64,000 bases of DNA from Trichosphaerium sp. ATCC 40318 (taxonomy: Eukaryota; Protista; Tubulinea), in the NCBI GenBank assembly GCA_038496445.1, contig JALMLS010000287.1:62001-126000 (forward strand). Direction: 5' to 3'. The notes under the pieces are model-generated. The model saw nothing but the letters and a program-made list of their open reading frames with translations. It made no database searches and was not told the DNA's origin. Made by a program: the position numbers and the translations under genes. Shown piece by piece: positions 1 through 14,566 of this stretch. The first letter of the stretch is position 1; the number at the start of each line of letters is the position of its first letter.

Positions 1-212
1 TGCAAAGCTTTTTCCAGCCAAGTATTTGTCAATAAAAGTCATTTGTAGTTTAAAAACTGGCATAAAATACACGTGATAATGTCGCAAAAAGAAAACAACG
101 GTTCAACGCAACTTGACTTAAGACCGAGTCATCAACAGTAACTAGGATGTTTATGTTTGTACAACACTTTATTTTATCCAGTGGTCCAATGCTAATTGCT
201 CATGTGTTTAAG

Positions 213-2733
213 TTATTTTAATTGTTTCTCTCTAGAGCATAGAAAAGATGATAATGGCTGCACAGCAGCCAAGTTTTCTAAAGCAACATGCCAATGCCAA
301 AGTACTTCCTCTGGTGTTGTGTCAACACTCCATACATCAGTATCTAACCTTAAAGAAAACCTTTCACTCTCAGATATAATACACATAGTCAAAGGCTTTT
401 CTTGAGATGGTTTAACTGATTTAATGTCACTCAAGGGAAGGTACGAATGAGGCAAAGCACCCTTCGTGAAACTCTAAAAAAAAAGTAAAGAAAATCAGTG
501 TTCACCATCGCTAAAGGTTTGTTTTAAGCAGTAACTGACGTACTTCATCTGATAGGTAGAAACTTAATGTGCAAGGTCTTAGAACTACATAGTAATGATT
601 TTCTGATTCATCATTGGCTGAAGGTAAATACATCCACTGCTCGAAAAATGCAGCTAAGAAAAAGGATTTAGAAAAAAATAGTTTGGAGGTAACCGTTTAA
701 TATCAGTGCGTACGGCCATGAACGAACGGTAATTCTTCTTGCTTCCAATCTGCAGCGCCTTTAGCAACATGTGCACCTGTTTTTATAGCCAAAGTAACAG
801 GGTTGATATAAGTTATTGTTTTCTTTGTAGCTACATATGTATGACCTGCAGAATTCCAGTTCTTTCTTGTCATTTCGCCTTTCTCATGTCCTTGTCTATG
901 TAATACTTGTCTTTAGACACGAAACCAGGTTCAAAAAAGACGTACCTATGTTCGACATATCCTACGTGCGCATCACGAGTATCTTGTGCAACAATTTTTG
1001 TTGATTTGCCAAAAGCTTTAATAACTGTTTTAGCTCCGTGAACAGAGCTACTGCCAATCTGTTTAGCAGCCACTTGATTTTCATTTACAGGATGACCTCT
1101 AGACTTCGCTATACGTTGCTTGTGTTTCCTTTCTTTATACATTGAAGTCCTTGCAACACCACGATGAATAGTTCTTCCAGTAAATGAAGCACCTAGAACA
1201 AGCAAATTTAACCTTGATAACATAAAGACGCACTTACCTATTCCCAGGCCTTTACCAAATCCTTTAACCCCTTTATGGAATGTCTTTGCAGTTGTATGCG
1301 TAGATCCAGTACCTAAGCGTTCATTTTCACTCACAGGAGCTGCGTAACCTGCCGATGTTCTGCTTTGTGCTAGTTTTGATATTCTGTTGAAGGACCAAAT
1401 TAGTCTGAGTTCTAGGAAGTCATCCTGCGTACCCTTTTACACCAGCGCCTATCCCATGGCCAATACCAATCAATCCAACCCCCACAACATTGGAAGCTGT
1501 GCCTATACCTTTAGCAACCTTACTTGAAGTCTCGAGTTTGTCCTAATTGCCATATTCTTAGAAAGATATAAAAATGGTTTATTACATACGCTCACTGTAA
1601 TACGTTGTTCAGCTTTTGTTCTTGCTGGAAAATTACCATCAATAGTAACGGGCATAGTCATCATATTTGTATAAGCATTAAGGAAGAGTCTAAACGCCGA
1701 CTACAAACGGAAACTAAAGTTAGAAAAGTGTACTTAGTTTTCTTAAAAAGTTTTGTTTTGTACCCTTGATGCATCTGTGTACACGTGAAACCACTCGTCA
1801 TTATAGTACATTACAAATTCGTTTGGGTACGGCTCAAAAACAGGGAAACTAGTGGCGGTTAGGTTGAGCACAAACAGGTCATTTGTACTTGGCACAAACA
1901 GTTGCAATAAGTTGTTTGTTGATGCTAATACAAACAACACTTGAGCTACTTAGTTCCCATTCTAAGATTCCCTAAAAACCACAAAATAAGTACTGAGTAT
2001 CCTTAAAATGAGTATACCTCAATAATCTCGTATTCTTCTCCATGACGTATATTAAAGGCATGTGCTCTGATAGGTTCTTTAGCATCAGGAACCAAGTGAT
2101 GAGAAGACTGACCCCTTGTTTTAATTCCATCAGTTTTCTCCCACGTGGGTTTTAGTAACTATAGAACTTACATTGATGGTTGAGATACTGGTGGTACTGA
2201 CCAAGATCTTTGTCTGGCAAACTTTGCAGGACGAGGAGGTGTATGAGGTAAAACTAAAATAATCAGTCAATGAAATATTAAACTAAAGTTTTTTGAAGAA
2301 TATCAATACCTTGTGTACTGTTATGTGATACTGACCTATTCACTTGTGGTGGACCTTGTGTATTTTGTATAATCGGACGTGTGCTATGATCAACACGTGG
2401 TGGAAGAGATGGGTATGAAGGGTAATTTGTTTTTTGTTTTTGATTTATGTTTGTATTGAACTTGGGTCTTACTGGTATTACTGGCCTATCAGGTCCTTCT
2501 GATGGAGCTGTAAAAAACATGTGATCATTGCTGGGTCTATTTTCACGATGAACTTTAGGCGGTTGAGGACGTTTTGGTAAAGGGCGAGATGCGTTACTTG
2601 ACACGGATGGTAGAGGTCTGTTTGCGTTTATAGACGGCGGTTGAGCATTTCTGTTAACAGGAGGAGGTGCATTATAACCCTTTTGATGTCTGGGTACCAC
2701 AGGAGGCGCATCTGAAATGATGTAAGTGGTCAT
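213..2733 (-). CDS. Multi-exon protein: Pro-rich N-terminus, spartin/senescence-like domain, C-terminal PH-like domain
   Basis: ATG at 2733 (MTTYIISDAPP). Spliced exons give Gly/Ala-rich helices (VAKGIGTASNVVGVGLIGIGHGIGAG...HVGYVEHR) like the senescence domain, then YYVVLRPCTLSFY...LSDIKSV...WHVALENL (PH-like). GT-AG introns. Confidence 0.6.
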
Positions 2734-3260
2734 GAAGAAGAAATCCCAAAACGGAAGGTACACGCTTATTATTTATCGTATACACGGTACTCAAGTAAAT
2801 TGTTAAGGTCAGGAAGATTCGTACTTGGTGCGCGTTGTAGCGTTGATGTGTAGGCAACCGGAAATATACCGTTTTGATTAGTACTAAGATTAACGCCTTT
2901 ATACCATCCGCTACTCTCTTGAGAATGAACTTCTAGAACGTCACCTACTCTGAGAGCTTTTTTGATTTAGTGTAAACCGAAATAGCTTTACTGTACCTAT
3001 TTCGCCTACGCGTCGCGGTTCATACGTTTCTATACACTTTCTACCGGGAGAACTTTATTTACAGTTTAAAATCTATAATTTACCTGTTGTTACTCATATT
3101 ATAAGTTGTACTACACCAAGAATGTATTATGCATAATAAACTCTTGATTTGCGGACAATTGAAAGCCACTATGCACTTAACGCATTTTCTGAACTTAACA
3201 AAAAAACTATCGTACACGCTTACAACAACGTTATTAGATTTTTCAATAGCCTGACACGCG

Positions 3261-5463
3261 ATGCGGCTGTATCCTTGGTACACTCACAACATTAAAGACC
3301 AACACTGTAACTTCTAGCAGGGACTTGCTATATGATCCTGCGTCTATTGGCATTACGCTAATAGCGGTTTTTGTGATATGTTATGGTTCGAGAAACTCTG
3401 TGGCAAAAAGAAGTGCTGGTTCTAGCGCTGCAGCTCAAGCCGCGCGTATGTCAATACTACAGAAATGTCAATTCGCTGTTTAGTCCACAAACGAGTCTAA
3501 AATATTTTAAACTGACGTTATTAGAGGGAGGACAAGACATGAAGCTACTTACAGCCATTTTATTACCTGTTTTTGCTTCGGTTGTACTCATTGTACTTTT
3601 TCTCGTTTTGGGTTACGCGTACTGGGTTCTTTTGGCTCTCATGTCATTCTCAGCTCTTTTATGTTCGTATCTCATTTTGGCACCTTTTGTGGACCAGTTA
3701 TTGCAGCTCGTTACCAAAAAGCCTATTTATTTCAAGTACGTAGACACTATGGCTTCGCTAGCAAGCCACTTCTAATCAAAATGCTTCCACAACAAATCAG
3801 AAAAAGCATTTTTTTTTTTTCTTTTTTTTTGATCTTCTTCTTGGCGTCAGTTTATTCATTTTATAGGTTACCTAACCTCTCGTGGAGAATACCACTTTAC
3901 ACACCTTTCACCTTATTATTGAATATATCGATACTTGTGTTGTGGTATACAACTCATAGCTGGATAGTCGTTAATGGCATGTACTCTAATTTTTATTTTT
4001 TATTTTTTTATCACGTGATTCACAAGTGTGAGTATCTTTTGGCTCTGAATTAATGTATTGTTTTATTGTAGGCCTTGGTATAATGTTGGCTATGGCAGGT
4101 GTATCATTTATTAAAATACCAAACTTGAAGATAAGTTTGGTTCTCCTTACATTGTTTTTCTTTTATGATATATTTTGGGTATTCATATCTCCCTTCATAT
4201 TTAAAAAAAGTGTTATGTACGTAACCAACACCAAACATATCATATTCAAAATGAGAATGCCATATTGCAGCAACATCAACAAGAATCTCACTCGTTCAGC
4301 GATAGCATCCAGAGATTGTTATTTTTTTTTGTAGCGTATCTTACTTTGGTTTAGGGTTACTGTGGCAAGAGATGTTACTTCTAAGAAAATCCCTTTACCT
4401 ATGCTAATACAAGTACCGTCTCTATTGGATATGGACTGGAACATCTTCAACACACCCGTAAGAAAGACATTGTTACACTTTTAGTAAACCACTACAACTG
4501 TTAACTTGTTTAGCTTCCTCCTTCTCCAGGCTTATCCTTGCTACACTACTGGTATGAGACCTTTCAAGTCCGACATTTCTTGAACTCCGTTGGATATGGA
4601 CAACCGGCTGCGCTCATGGTTGGTCTCGGCGATATTGTACAACATTCTATACGAATAATTGAACAAACGAACTCATGTTTTCTTGTTAGGTTCTCCCAGG
4701 ATCATTTCTGTGCTTCTTGTATCGCTTCGACTTGGCCAAAAAGCTTCGTATGCTTAGAGGATATTTCTTACCTGCTATGATTGGATATACGCTTGGATTA
4801 CAACTTACTGTTATAAGCTTACTCACACTTCAAAAAGGAGAACCAGCACTTCTCTTTATCGGTAGGTTTTCTTCTTGCTGTTTTTTAGAAAATGTTTCTG
4901 ATTTTTTTCTAGTGCCTAGTATCCTCTTACCAACTATTATTATCGCTTGGAAGAGAGGACACCTTAAAGATATGTGGAACGGTAATGGTAGACGAGCTGT
5001 AGTGAGAGCAACTGTGGTAATGTTTTTTCATTACTTGTACTGGTGAAAGTTGTTTTAATGTTGTTCCTAGGATGAAGCTCCTTTGCTCTCTCAAGACGAA
5101 GATAGTGATCTAGATGATGATGATGATGAAAACAGTTATGACGATGAGGATGATTACTCAGACGATGATGAAGAAGAAAGCAAAGATGTCGTCAATGAAA
5201 AAGATGAAGCAGAAGAAGAAAATGAAAAGGGAGAAGATGGAGAAGACGTTAGTGATGACGATGTTGCTGTTTTTGATATTGAAGAACCAGAACCTGAAAT
5301 ATCTGACCCTGATGATGAAGATTTGACTGTTTTTGCACTTGATCGAAGTCAAGGAGATATCGAATTAACTCTTGAAGAAGAAGATGATGACGAACAAAGT
5401 TTACAAGATGATGACCCAATTAGGGAAGAAGATGAAGAACTGGTAGACTTGGATGAGTCATAA
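3261..5463 (+). CDS. Signal peptide peptidase-like GxGD aspartyl intramembrane protease with acidic C-terminal tail
   Basis: Catalytic motifs FFFYDIFWVF (YD) and VGLGDIVLPG (GxGD), EPALLFIVP (PAL motif), multiple TM helices, Asp/Glu-rich last exon 5071-5463. Start position uncertain. Confidence 0.9.
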
Positions 5464-6108
5464 CAATTGAAACAATCTTTTATGAAACATAAAGTCAATA
5501 CAACGTTCTTCTGTAGATAGCTCCCAGTGTACACTTATATCAATAAATTAAAACAAAAAATAGAACTGGTAATAATTGCATTGGTTTATTGTATGCAGTG
5601 ATACAGTAGAGTACAGCTGGTCAGAGAGGAATGTAAGAACAAAGACATTATCATGGATTGGCCATAGCAATATGGGTAACAGTTTACCAATGGAAGAACT
5701 GCAAACTTATTGTTTTCAAATGCTTGCCAATGTAGGCCAAACGCTATAATAGAATAGCACTATTTCAGGTCAAATCCTACGTCACGTCGTAGCATTCGAC
5801 GACTCATAGTACAAAGAAAAAGCTGACCATGTCCAGCAAGAAGCACAATAACACCTTTAGATAGGACCACACGAAGTACAGAATTGTACTTTGTTTGTAT
5901 CTTCCAAATCTTCTTAACGCTAGCCGCAGATCACAGACTAATATCCTATGTACCTCTTCGATTACATGCGGAGCATGGGAGATGCCGCTTTGTTGGTGCG
6001 AGGTTGTTTTTCTATTGAATCGAATTTTAAGGAAGTTCTCTGACTTTGTTTTGAAGCATTCAGTCTCCCTTGTCTCCTAACTTGCCGCTAAAAGCAAAAA
6101 GAAGAGCA

Positions 6109-9100
6109 ATGTCTGCACCACCTCATCCTGAGAACGGGGTTACTTATGGTGAGGACGGCAAGATAGCGGGAGTAACGTTCTTGAAACTAGTAGAGAAGCT
6201 ATCGTCTCCTAAAGACCTTGGTACGTATTTTGAACTGTTGTTCTTTTTTTGTTAATGAATTACTATTTTACACTAAAGCGCTATTTTAATTATTAATATC
6301 ACGTGTGTAATCACGTGTTTAGGGTAGTATTTTCTCAACACCAAAAGAAAGCGTTTTTTTTTAAATTTATTCTTTTTGGCTATTTGTTATTGGGCGTCCT
6401 TGTGGTTTTGTGGGCTTGACGCTTATGTTTCTTTTAGATCCTGCGCTTATGTCTATTACCTTACTCACCTATCGAAGTTTTACAACTTCTTTTGCGCTCT
6501 GCGATGCACTTAAAGAACGGTACGATCAAAAGAGTTGGTGTTTTCGCAACTTATCGATTGTTTTGTTTGTTTTGCTTTTACTGACCTTCTCGTTGTTAGC
6601 TTTGAGCAGTTTCGGAAACAAAGGAACAGAACAGCTACAGTAGTACTTCTTCGTGTACTTAACGTGTTCAAACATTGGATAGAAAAGTTTTGGTTTGATT
6701 TTTCAAAGGTTTGTTGTAGTGGTAGTTCTATTTTTTTATTGGTCACGTGGCCTTACTTTATTTGTAAGGACTGTCCTCAACTTGGTGAGATATTTATAGA
6801 ATGGGTAAATACATTACTAGCGGATAGAGATGTTGCGCAAGTAGCTCAACAACTAAAAATGAGTGTTAGAGATAAGGTATACGATAGACGCTTTTTTCGT
6901 ATTTTACGCGTTTTAGTTTAACTGAAAATATCTTACGTAATTTTTGTTTAGATGGCGAACTCTTCAGATAAGACATTTAGTAGTTTTGCTCCACCTGTAT
7001 TCGATCCTATGAAATCTGCATTAGACGATCCTGCTTCGCGTAAGTTCCAAAGATATACCACACCTTGATGAGTAACACAGTTTTTTTTTATTCAGGGTAT
7101 AGCGATGTAACTGAAATACCTTCAGAAGAACTTGCAAGACAATTAACACTTCAAGAATACGATATATTTAGGTAAGAATACAATATTTTATTCTAATGTT
7201 TTCTGATAATGTTTTAAGAAAAATACAACCTTACGAACTGCTGAATCAGGCATGGACAAAGGACGATGCAAACGAAAAAAGGTAAACAAAAACAACTTCG
7301 AAAGGTGTCACTTTTATTGGTCTCCACCACGTACAAATACCATTGTTGCATGGCGACTATAATCTACTATATTTTTATGGGGGTTATAAAAACCAAACTA
7401 ATAATTTATGGATGCAGTGTTGCTGTTTCGGGTGTTTCATTTAATTATCATTTTTTTTTGTTTGTTTGTTTCTCTAACTTTTTTTTTATGAAAGCCCGAA
7501 CGTTATCACGTCTATAGCGTACTTTAATAACATATCAAATTGGGTAAAATCAAGTATTTTACTTGTAGAAGATCGCAAGAAACGTATTAAAACAATGCAA
7601 AAGTTTCTTGAGGTGGCAAATGTACGAAAACGTCAAAGAGGTGTTTTACAATCTTTTTTTTTTGTTTTGATTGGCAAAAATCTCCTATGACCACGTATTT
7701 AATTTTACACCGACCGTCACGTGCGCAGTGTTTTTTTTACGCGGAAAAATATAGTTTCAAAACAAGAAAACCTTTGTTCAGCAAGTCTTTTGTATAAGTT
7801 TTGATAAAAAAATAGGTCATGATGAAAACTCTTTCAAACTTTAATGGTATGGTTAGTATATTTGCTGCAATGCAAGCAGGACCTATATCACGTCTTAAAA
7901 GAACATCTGAGGTAAGCTATAAATCATAATAATAAAGGTATAGTGACGGTTGAGTTTAGAAAATCGGAACAAAATACGAAAAAATACTTGAAGCAATAGA
8001 CGAACTTTATCAAGGCGAAGCGAACTTTAAGAGGCTAAGAAGTTTGGTTAAACCGCCTTGTATCCCATACCTTGGCATGCATTTAAAGGATATGATATTT
8101 ATAGAGGAAGGAAACCCAGATACGCTTGGACAGAACCTCATAAATTTTGCGAAAAGAAGACTTGTTTCGGGTAATTAAAACACAAAAAAAACCCCATCTC
8201 CCACGTGGCTTTTGTACTAATGTTTTTTTACTTAGAAACTATTCAAACTATTAAAGTATACCAAAATACACGTTACGATATTCAACCTGATCACTCAATA
8301 CGCTCACTCATAAATTCACGTGCGTACAAACCCAACAATACTACAAATATTCAATAATAACAGTATCATGAAGGAATGGCTGTAGCTCTTTCAGAAGAAG
8401 ATATGTGGGATTGTTCATGGTACTTGGAGCCTAGGTATACTTTTCTAAATTAATTAATGACTGGCGGATCAAACCATTTACACAATGTTTAGAGAAGGTA
8501 AACCAAGGCCAGAGCGACCAGCAGTGCTTGGTCCACGAGTACGTTTTTCGTATGTTGTCTTTTTAAGTACTTATTTCGCTTTTTAGCATGACAGATCAAC
8601 CAGTGATTCTTCAGGAAGCGGTGGGCAAAAGGTTACAAAACTAGGAAAGACAAAAAAGAGTAAATCATCAAATGTAATCGAAAAGGTACAAAACCGGGAC
8701 ATACTCTCGTTTTGAGTACTAACACAGCTTTGCAGAAGAGTCATATAAAGACAAAAGATAGATCTCATACTGTAGCACATACTCACACAACAGACAGGCG
8801 TTTTCATCATGACTTGGTTGATAGAGGTGCTGGTCAAGCGCCATTACAAACACCTGTTCCTGCGCCACAAGAAGCTGCACATTATTTAATGATTATTGAA
8901 TGGAAAGACGAAAAAAGACGTCTAAGAGTACCAAAACGTAAAGCAGTTAGTGTACATATGCTACTAGGTATGTTACGGAATAACAACAAAACCACACGTG
9001 TAAAAAGCATGAGTGCTTAATTTGTCACTTTCTTCTTCCAGTGATACCTTAGAATGTATTTTTTGTACATTTTGTATCCAGTGGATGTACAGGGAGTACA

Positions 9101-10651
9101 ACAGCGACATTTTATGTTGTTTATTAACTTCTTTTTCGAGATAATGTTCGTGAGTTCTTGAAGATTCAAATACCAACTGATAAATTACGGTTTGAATATA
9201 TGGACCCAGAGTTCAAGGAATATATCACATTAGATACAATACGTGATTTACCTTATAAATCGAAAGTCAGGATAATAATACCAGGTACTTATTTACACTA
9301 AACAAAGTTCGACAGCTTGTGTTTAGACATGAGAAAAATGAAGGAATTCACGTGATTTATTTTTCTTTTAGATGAAAGGATATTCAGTCAAGGAAGAAAG
9401 AATCTTCAGTTGATGCAACTTCAAGAAGAAGTAGAAGTGTTAAGAACAGCTGTAAGGAAACGAAGGCAACCACCACCACTTTCTGCACCTGATAGAGAGA
9501 GTCCTCTAGCACATCCACATGATAAAAGAACTAGACAAGTGCCAACACGGTACATCAAGCTTCATCTGTTTTGTTTGACTTCTTTGTAGTAAACGGGCAG
9601 CTGTCCGTCCTTTGTCATTTTCAATGTTTTGTAATGAAGTACTCGAACACGAAGATAGGATTCTTAAAGAGTGGTTTAGAATGGTTAACTCGTAAGTGAA
9701 CTGAAAAGTTTGAACACTTTTTGTTCTTCTCTAAGTCAAGTTGCTCATTTTTTTGTAAGGTCGAGATCTGGAATGATTGATGCTAAGGAGCTCGCTGCTG
9801 CAACATGGCCAGGTTTGTATTATGGTTAAACTTACTTTGTTAATGTTTTAAAGGTGAGAGTCGGTTGGACCTTAGTACATGCGTTCGATTAGCGTCAGTA
9901 TTTGGTAAAACTGGAACAAAACTTTTAGGTTTTTCTGAGTTCGCAGCATTAAGTAAGTCACCCACTACTTCAAGTATAAATTACTAACCCTTCGAAAGAT
10001 AAATATATCGCTCACTTATGGACACCCTTTCATAACAATGATAAGGTATTAACAAACTATATTGTGCTCAAGTGTTTAACCTTTTTTTTTGCAACAGAAA
10101 AAGAAGAGAGCGTTAGGAAGAGATAATATCTTGCACGCTTTGAAAGAACTTGGATTCCACAAGGTAAGAATAACAACAATTGTTAAACATCGTAATCATT
10201 GATATAGATGGGCGATCAGTGTATATTCCCTAACCTAAAGAAGCACCACCTTGATGATCACGGAGATGTCAACTTCTCTGGTAAGTTTTTCATTAAAAGC
10301 TTCTGTAACTGACTTGTGTATAGGCTTTGTATGTTTAGTGACCAAGATAGCATACTTAGGGTACGAAATAGTTTATTTCAAATGTTGTATCGATCTCTAA
10401 CTAACTTTCTTTAATAGAACTCTTTTTGATAAATTGCCCCGCAAGTCAAATCCAGAAACAGCAGAGATATCACTTCCGGAACTTATCGAACTTGTAGCTA
10501 AGTTTAGGGTAAGCTTTGCAATTTTCTTTACTTCTATTGTTAGCTGCACGTGCAAAAATGACATGAAACTGTTTATCCCACTAATGTACTCTAATATTAA
10601 TATTCACTTTAGGAATGTAAAGACCTTGGTGTGTGGCACACAGGGCACTAA
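6109..10651 (+). CDS. RasGEF (REM + CDC25 domains) with a ubiquitin/PB1-like segment and C-terminal penta-EF-hand-like domain
   Basis: LLTYRSFTT and RVLNVFKHW (REM). ELARQLTL, ELLNQAW, NFNG and PPCIPYLG..LKDMIFIEEGNPD...INFAKRR (CDC25). C-terminal WFRMVNSSRSGMIDAKEL...LGFSEFAAL...GDVNFSGF. The N-terminus may extend upstream. Confidence 0.85.
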
Positions 10652-10996
10652 TATAAAGTATTTAAACTCAAAAAGTGTATTATTCAAAATGAAGAAACTA
10701 ACAACCAATCAGCTCAGTTACTTTTTCTTACGCAAAGAAGTAAATATAGTGTCAAATATACACTCTAGTTTAGAGTAGTGGTGAGATTGCTCAACAAAGC
10801 TGGCTCCCATCAGTGTCATTCGGATAAGCTTAATTTTGTTTTTCCATTCACAGACTTCTGAAAGAGGAATTTCATCCTTTGTGTTTACCACTTTATATTG
10901 TTGTCCAAAAAGCAGTGTCTACTCACTACACGTGATTGAATTTAAATATGAAAAGTCCTTAGAGTCAACGTTATTCAATATTATTTAATTATTACA

Positions 10997-12232
10997 ATGG
11001 ACATACCGGAGATAGTTGCCGAAATTATATCTTACGCAAATCTCGCTGATTTCGCAAATTGGAGCCTTGTATGTCGTCAATGGCTCTATTTTGTTTCTTG
11101 GGAGGTAGAAGCGTTATGTCGGAACCATTATAAAGTACCTGTTGACTCAAACACGCTCAATCAACTTCCTGGTTACATAGTACGTACCTGTAGCTGTTTC
11201 TTGGTCTTGAAAGTAACTTTAAACCCAAGACCTATTTTTATCTAACTATATTTAATTACATTTTTGCAGAATCCTTGGATGCACGTCTGTAAGTGCTTGT
11301 TCCGTTCAAAGTTTCTTATGTGCTTTAATAAATATGTCTATCCAATTAGACAATCCATGGACGCTTTGAACAGTTTAGGTATACGGTATGTGACCACTTG
11401 TGATAATTCTGTTTTTGATGGCAGTTGGAAGTCAACGAACTTGAATTGTTTTTCTAATTGTATTTGTTAGAAACGTTGATTTGTTTAACCAACAGTTGAT
11501 GCCTGAAGACAGTCCAAACAATAAAGATACTTTACGTACATTTTTAAAAGGCTATGATGCCATTATATTCTCTACAAACTATGTATGGCAAGACGGCACG
11601 AGCATTTTTATCAGAAAACTAGTTTTTATCTGTGTTCACTAGTGACTGTTTTGTAGATCGTACTGTATGGGGAGATGTTTTCAAGGAGCTTATAGATGAA
11701 GGTGTTGGTGTTATTCAACTTGTTTTCTCGATATGTTCTGGTGCTGAAAACCTAGGTGAGACAAGCCACCTGGACTAAAAAAGGAGTAACGCTGTGTACT
11801 AGGTGGTGCTTGGGAAGCTGCTGGAGTAAGCGCCATAGTCCCGAACACGTTCAATGAATATATGTACGGTAACACTGCTACACAACGATCCTTGTACGGA
11901 TATATGCTTGCTACAGCTATGAAGTAAGAAATAACTTTAGGGAGCTTAAGATTACTCAAAAAGAGTCGAACCATTTTATATATAATGGCATTGTGGACTC
12001 TCTATCTTCTGTGAAAGGATACAAGAGTACTGGTAGACCTCATCCTGAAGGAAGAGTATTGGCTGCTTTTGAGAAAGTTAATAACGAGGGACATAGTTTG
12101 CCTTTTGTAGTTGAACTGAACAAGTTTAAAGGAAAATCAATGGCTATCAATTGTTATTTGCCACAAGTCGAAAAACAGAAGGAACTAGCTATTCTACTTG
12201 CTAACTCACTACTATACTGCGCAAAATCTTAA
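10997..12232 (+). CDS. F-box protein with uncharacterised alpha/beta C-terminal domain
   Basis: MDIPEIVAEIISY...WSLVCRQW (F-box). Spliced exons give YDAIIFSTNYVW..WGDVFKELIDEGVGVI..LGGAW. Includes a GC-AG intron 11596-11656. Confidence 0.7.
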
Positions 12233-12541
12233 GCAACAAGGTAACAATAAAATTATTTATGGCTACAAATGCAGTAACATGAGCAAAACATTATTGTCTT
12301 GCTTGCAACGACAGTGGTGCCAATTGCAGTTACCCAGCATGTCCAATCCGCTTAAACGTTCCGCCTTTCTGTGGCCTTTACTTGCGTAGGAGAGTCTATT
12401 GAGAGTATCTTTCTGGTTTGAGGGCTTTGAGCGAGACCACATGTCAGAAAACTCATAAATTCTGGAGAAGGCAAACATATAATCACGTGATCGTAGAAAG
12501 GCGTAGACTACCTGTCTATTGTTTTGTACCAATTTAACAAG

Positions 12542-14110
12542 ATGTTTAAACCTGTTGAGGGTCCTTCTGCATGGATCGGTTCAGAAATGCAAGGGAAAAG
12601 CGAACAATGGACTTATACACTAACAGAGACTGATATCGCTGAATTAGACGCAGTTGTTAACGCAGTAGAAGAAAAATGCGTTGAAATACTCCAAATTACA
12701 ACCAAGAAGTTTCCACTTCCTTCACTTGGTCCTAAGATTGAGAAAATAAGAGACGACGTACTCACACGTGGTTTTGTACTTATAAGGTTAGTGAACAATA
12801 AAATTGTCCTACCAAATAACACCAGTTAAGAGGTCTTCCTGTAGAAAAATACGGAAAGAAAAAATCAGCTGTTGCTTATTGGTTGATTGGATTGTACTTT
12901 GGTTCGTTGCTTCGCTGATTGTTAGCGTCTTACAGCTCTTGTCAGGAAACCCAGTATCTCAAAATGGTAAAGGGCATCTACTAGGACATATATACGATTT
13001 AGGTAAGTACTATCGTTTCGTTTCGAACACGTGAAAACCTAAAAAAGGCGAGACTTTTTCTTCGTTTTAATTTGGAAAGGTGCTGATCCGAAACATCCTA
13101 AAACTCGCCTCTATACTACTTCTGCACGTCATCTGTATCACACAGACTCTTCGGATATAGTAGGTTTGCTTTGCCTAAATAAAGCGAAGGAAGGTGGATT
13201 GAGCACAATCGGTACGATGTCAGCACTTCTAAACAACTACTAAAACAATTTTACACAGCCAGTTCCGCTACTGTTTGGAATGAACTCTTAAAACGTAATC
13301 CGCATTATGTCGAGTGCTTAACAAAGGACCATTTTTGGGATTGGAAAGGTGAAACTCCAGAAGTACGTATTCAAATGAGTGGTGCAAAAACTTTGTATTG
13401 AAAACTGTTTTTTAATAGGGATTGAAACCTTACTTTAAAATGCCGATTTACAACTGGTTTGAAGGCAAATTATCTTGCTTCTTTGACAAGTACACTAATA
13501 GTTTAATACCATGAGTCTATTAACAGCTAATCAACAGGCATTACATCACAGCAGCACAAGAGCGGTTTAAAGGTATTATTTTCAATATTTCGAAAAAAAA
13601 GACAACACAGCAAACCTATGAGGTCAAATGAGCATAACCTTCTTTCCTATTAGACTTACCTCGAATGACCAAAGATTCATGGGATGCCATCGAGGCATTA
13701 CTTGAAATAGTAAGTCCAAATAAAAGCTCAAAAGCTCAGCGCTTCGACGCTTTTTTTTTCATTTACTTTTATTTTAGTGTAACACAGAAGGTATACATCT
13801 CAACATGGAATTTGAACCAGGTGATATGCAATTTCTTCACAATCACCAAATTCTACACGCTCGTACAAAATATAATGATCATGAAGGTAGGGTTTTGTCA
13901 CGTGAAAATCAATAAGTGTTGTTCAATTTTAATATTTTGTTGTTAGACCCAAGAATGAAGAGGCATTTGTTGAGATTATGGTTGTGCCCACCAAAAGGAA
14001 GACCTCTTCCAGAATGCTATACTGTTAGATTCAAATCAACAAAAATAGGTGCTCGTGGTGGTATCCGAGTACCAAACATGAAATTCAAAGCACCCTTGTC
14101 ACCAGAGTAA
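12542..14110 (+). CDS. TauD/TfdA (clavaminate synthase-like) Fe(II)/2-oxoglutarate dioxygenase
   Basis: GPSAW, FPLPSL, RGFVLIRGLP, HTD (HxD) DIVGLLC, PGDMQFLHNHQILHAR, RHLLRLWL. Confidence 0.92.
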
Positions 14111-14566
14111 CAAAGCCAGGTAGCACTCAATAGTGTGTATCTTAGTGTAAAATGGTCGGGGTAGTATCAATTTAGAAAGAATTAGGTCTCATAAGAATCA
14201 ATGTTGATTAGAATGGTGTAAGCTATTAGTCGCAAATTAGTTTTCTTGTTTCTTACTTTACACTTGAATAAAATGAACAAGTTCCTCCATATGTAAAAAT
14301 TGTGTTTTAATGACTCATTGCCAGCCAGGATTAAAGCAGTAGCTTTACTGTACTCATTTAAAATCACATTTCAATTTCAACCGACTGAAATGTAAGATAA
14401 ACATATTTATTAGAACAGGTTGGTTTGCAGATAAACAAGGGTAGATTTCACAAAAATGTCAAATAAGGTCAAAACACAAGCCATTTTCAACCAGTCGTCC
14501 TAAACTAACGCATTTTTGTTACACCGAAAAACCTCACAAACTGAATTGGGTGATAATACAAGCTAA

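Noticed and set aside
1997-2004. GTATCCTT on the + strand
   Set aside because: Antisense to the minus-strand gene and inside an ordinary intron.
3269-3320. GTATCCTT at the first intron of the SPP gene as a third U12 donor
   Set aside because: An alternative GTACAC donor 9 nt downstream has the same phase and no U12-type branch site is visible. Unresolved without RNA data.
5083-5463. GAT/GAA-rich low-complexity tract and overlapping Met/Lys-rich ORF 5114-5326
   Set aside because: Acidic tail of the SPP protein. The alternative-frame ORFs are by-products.
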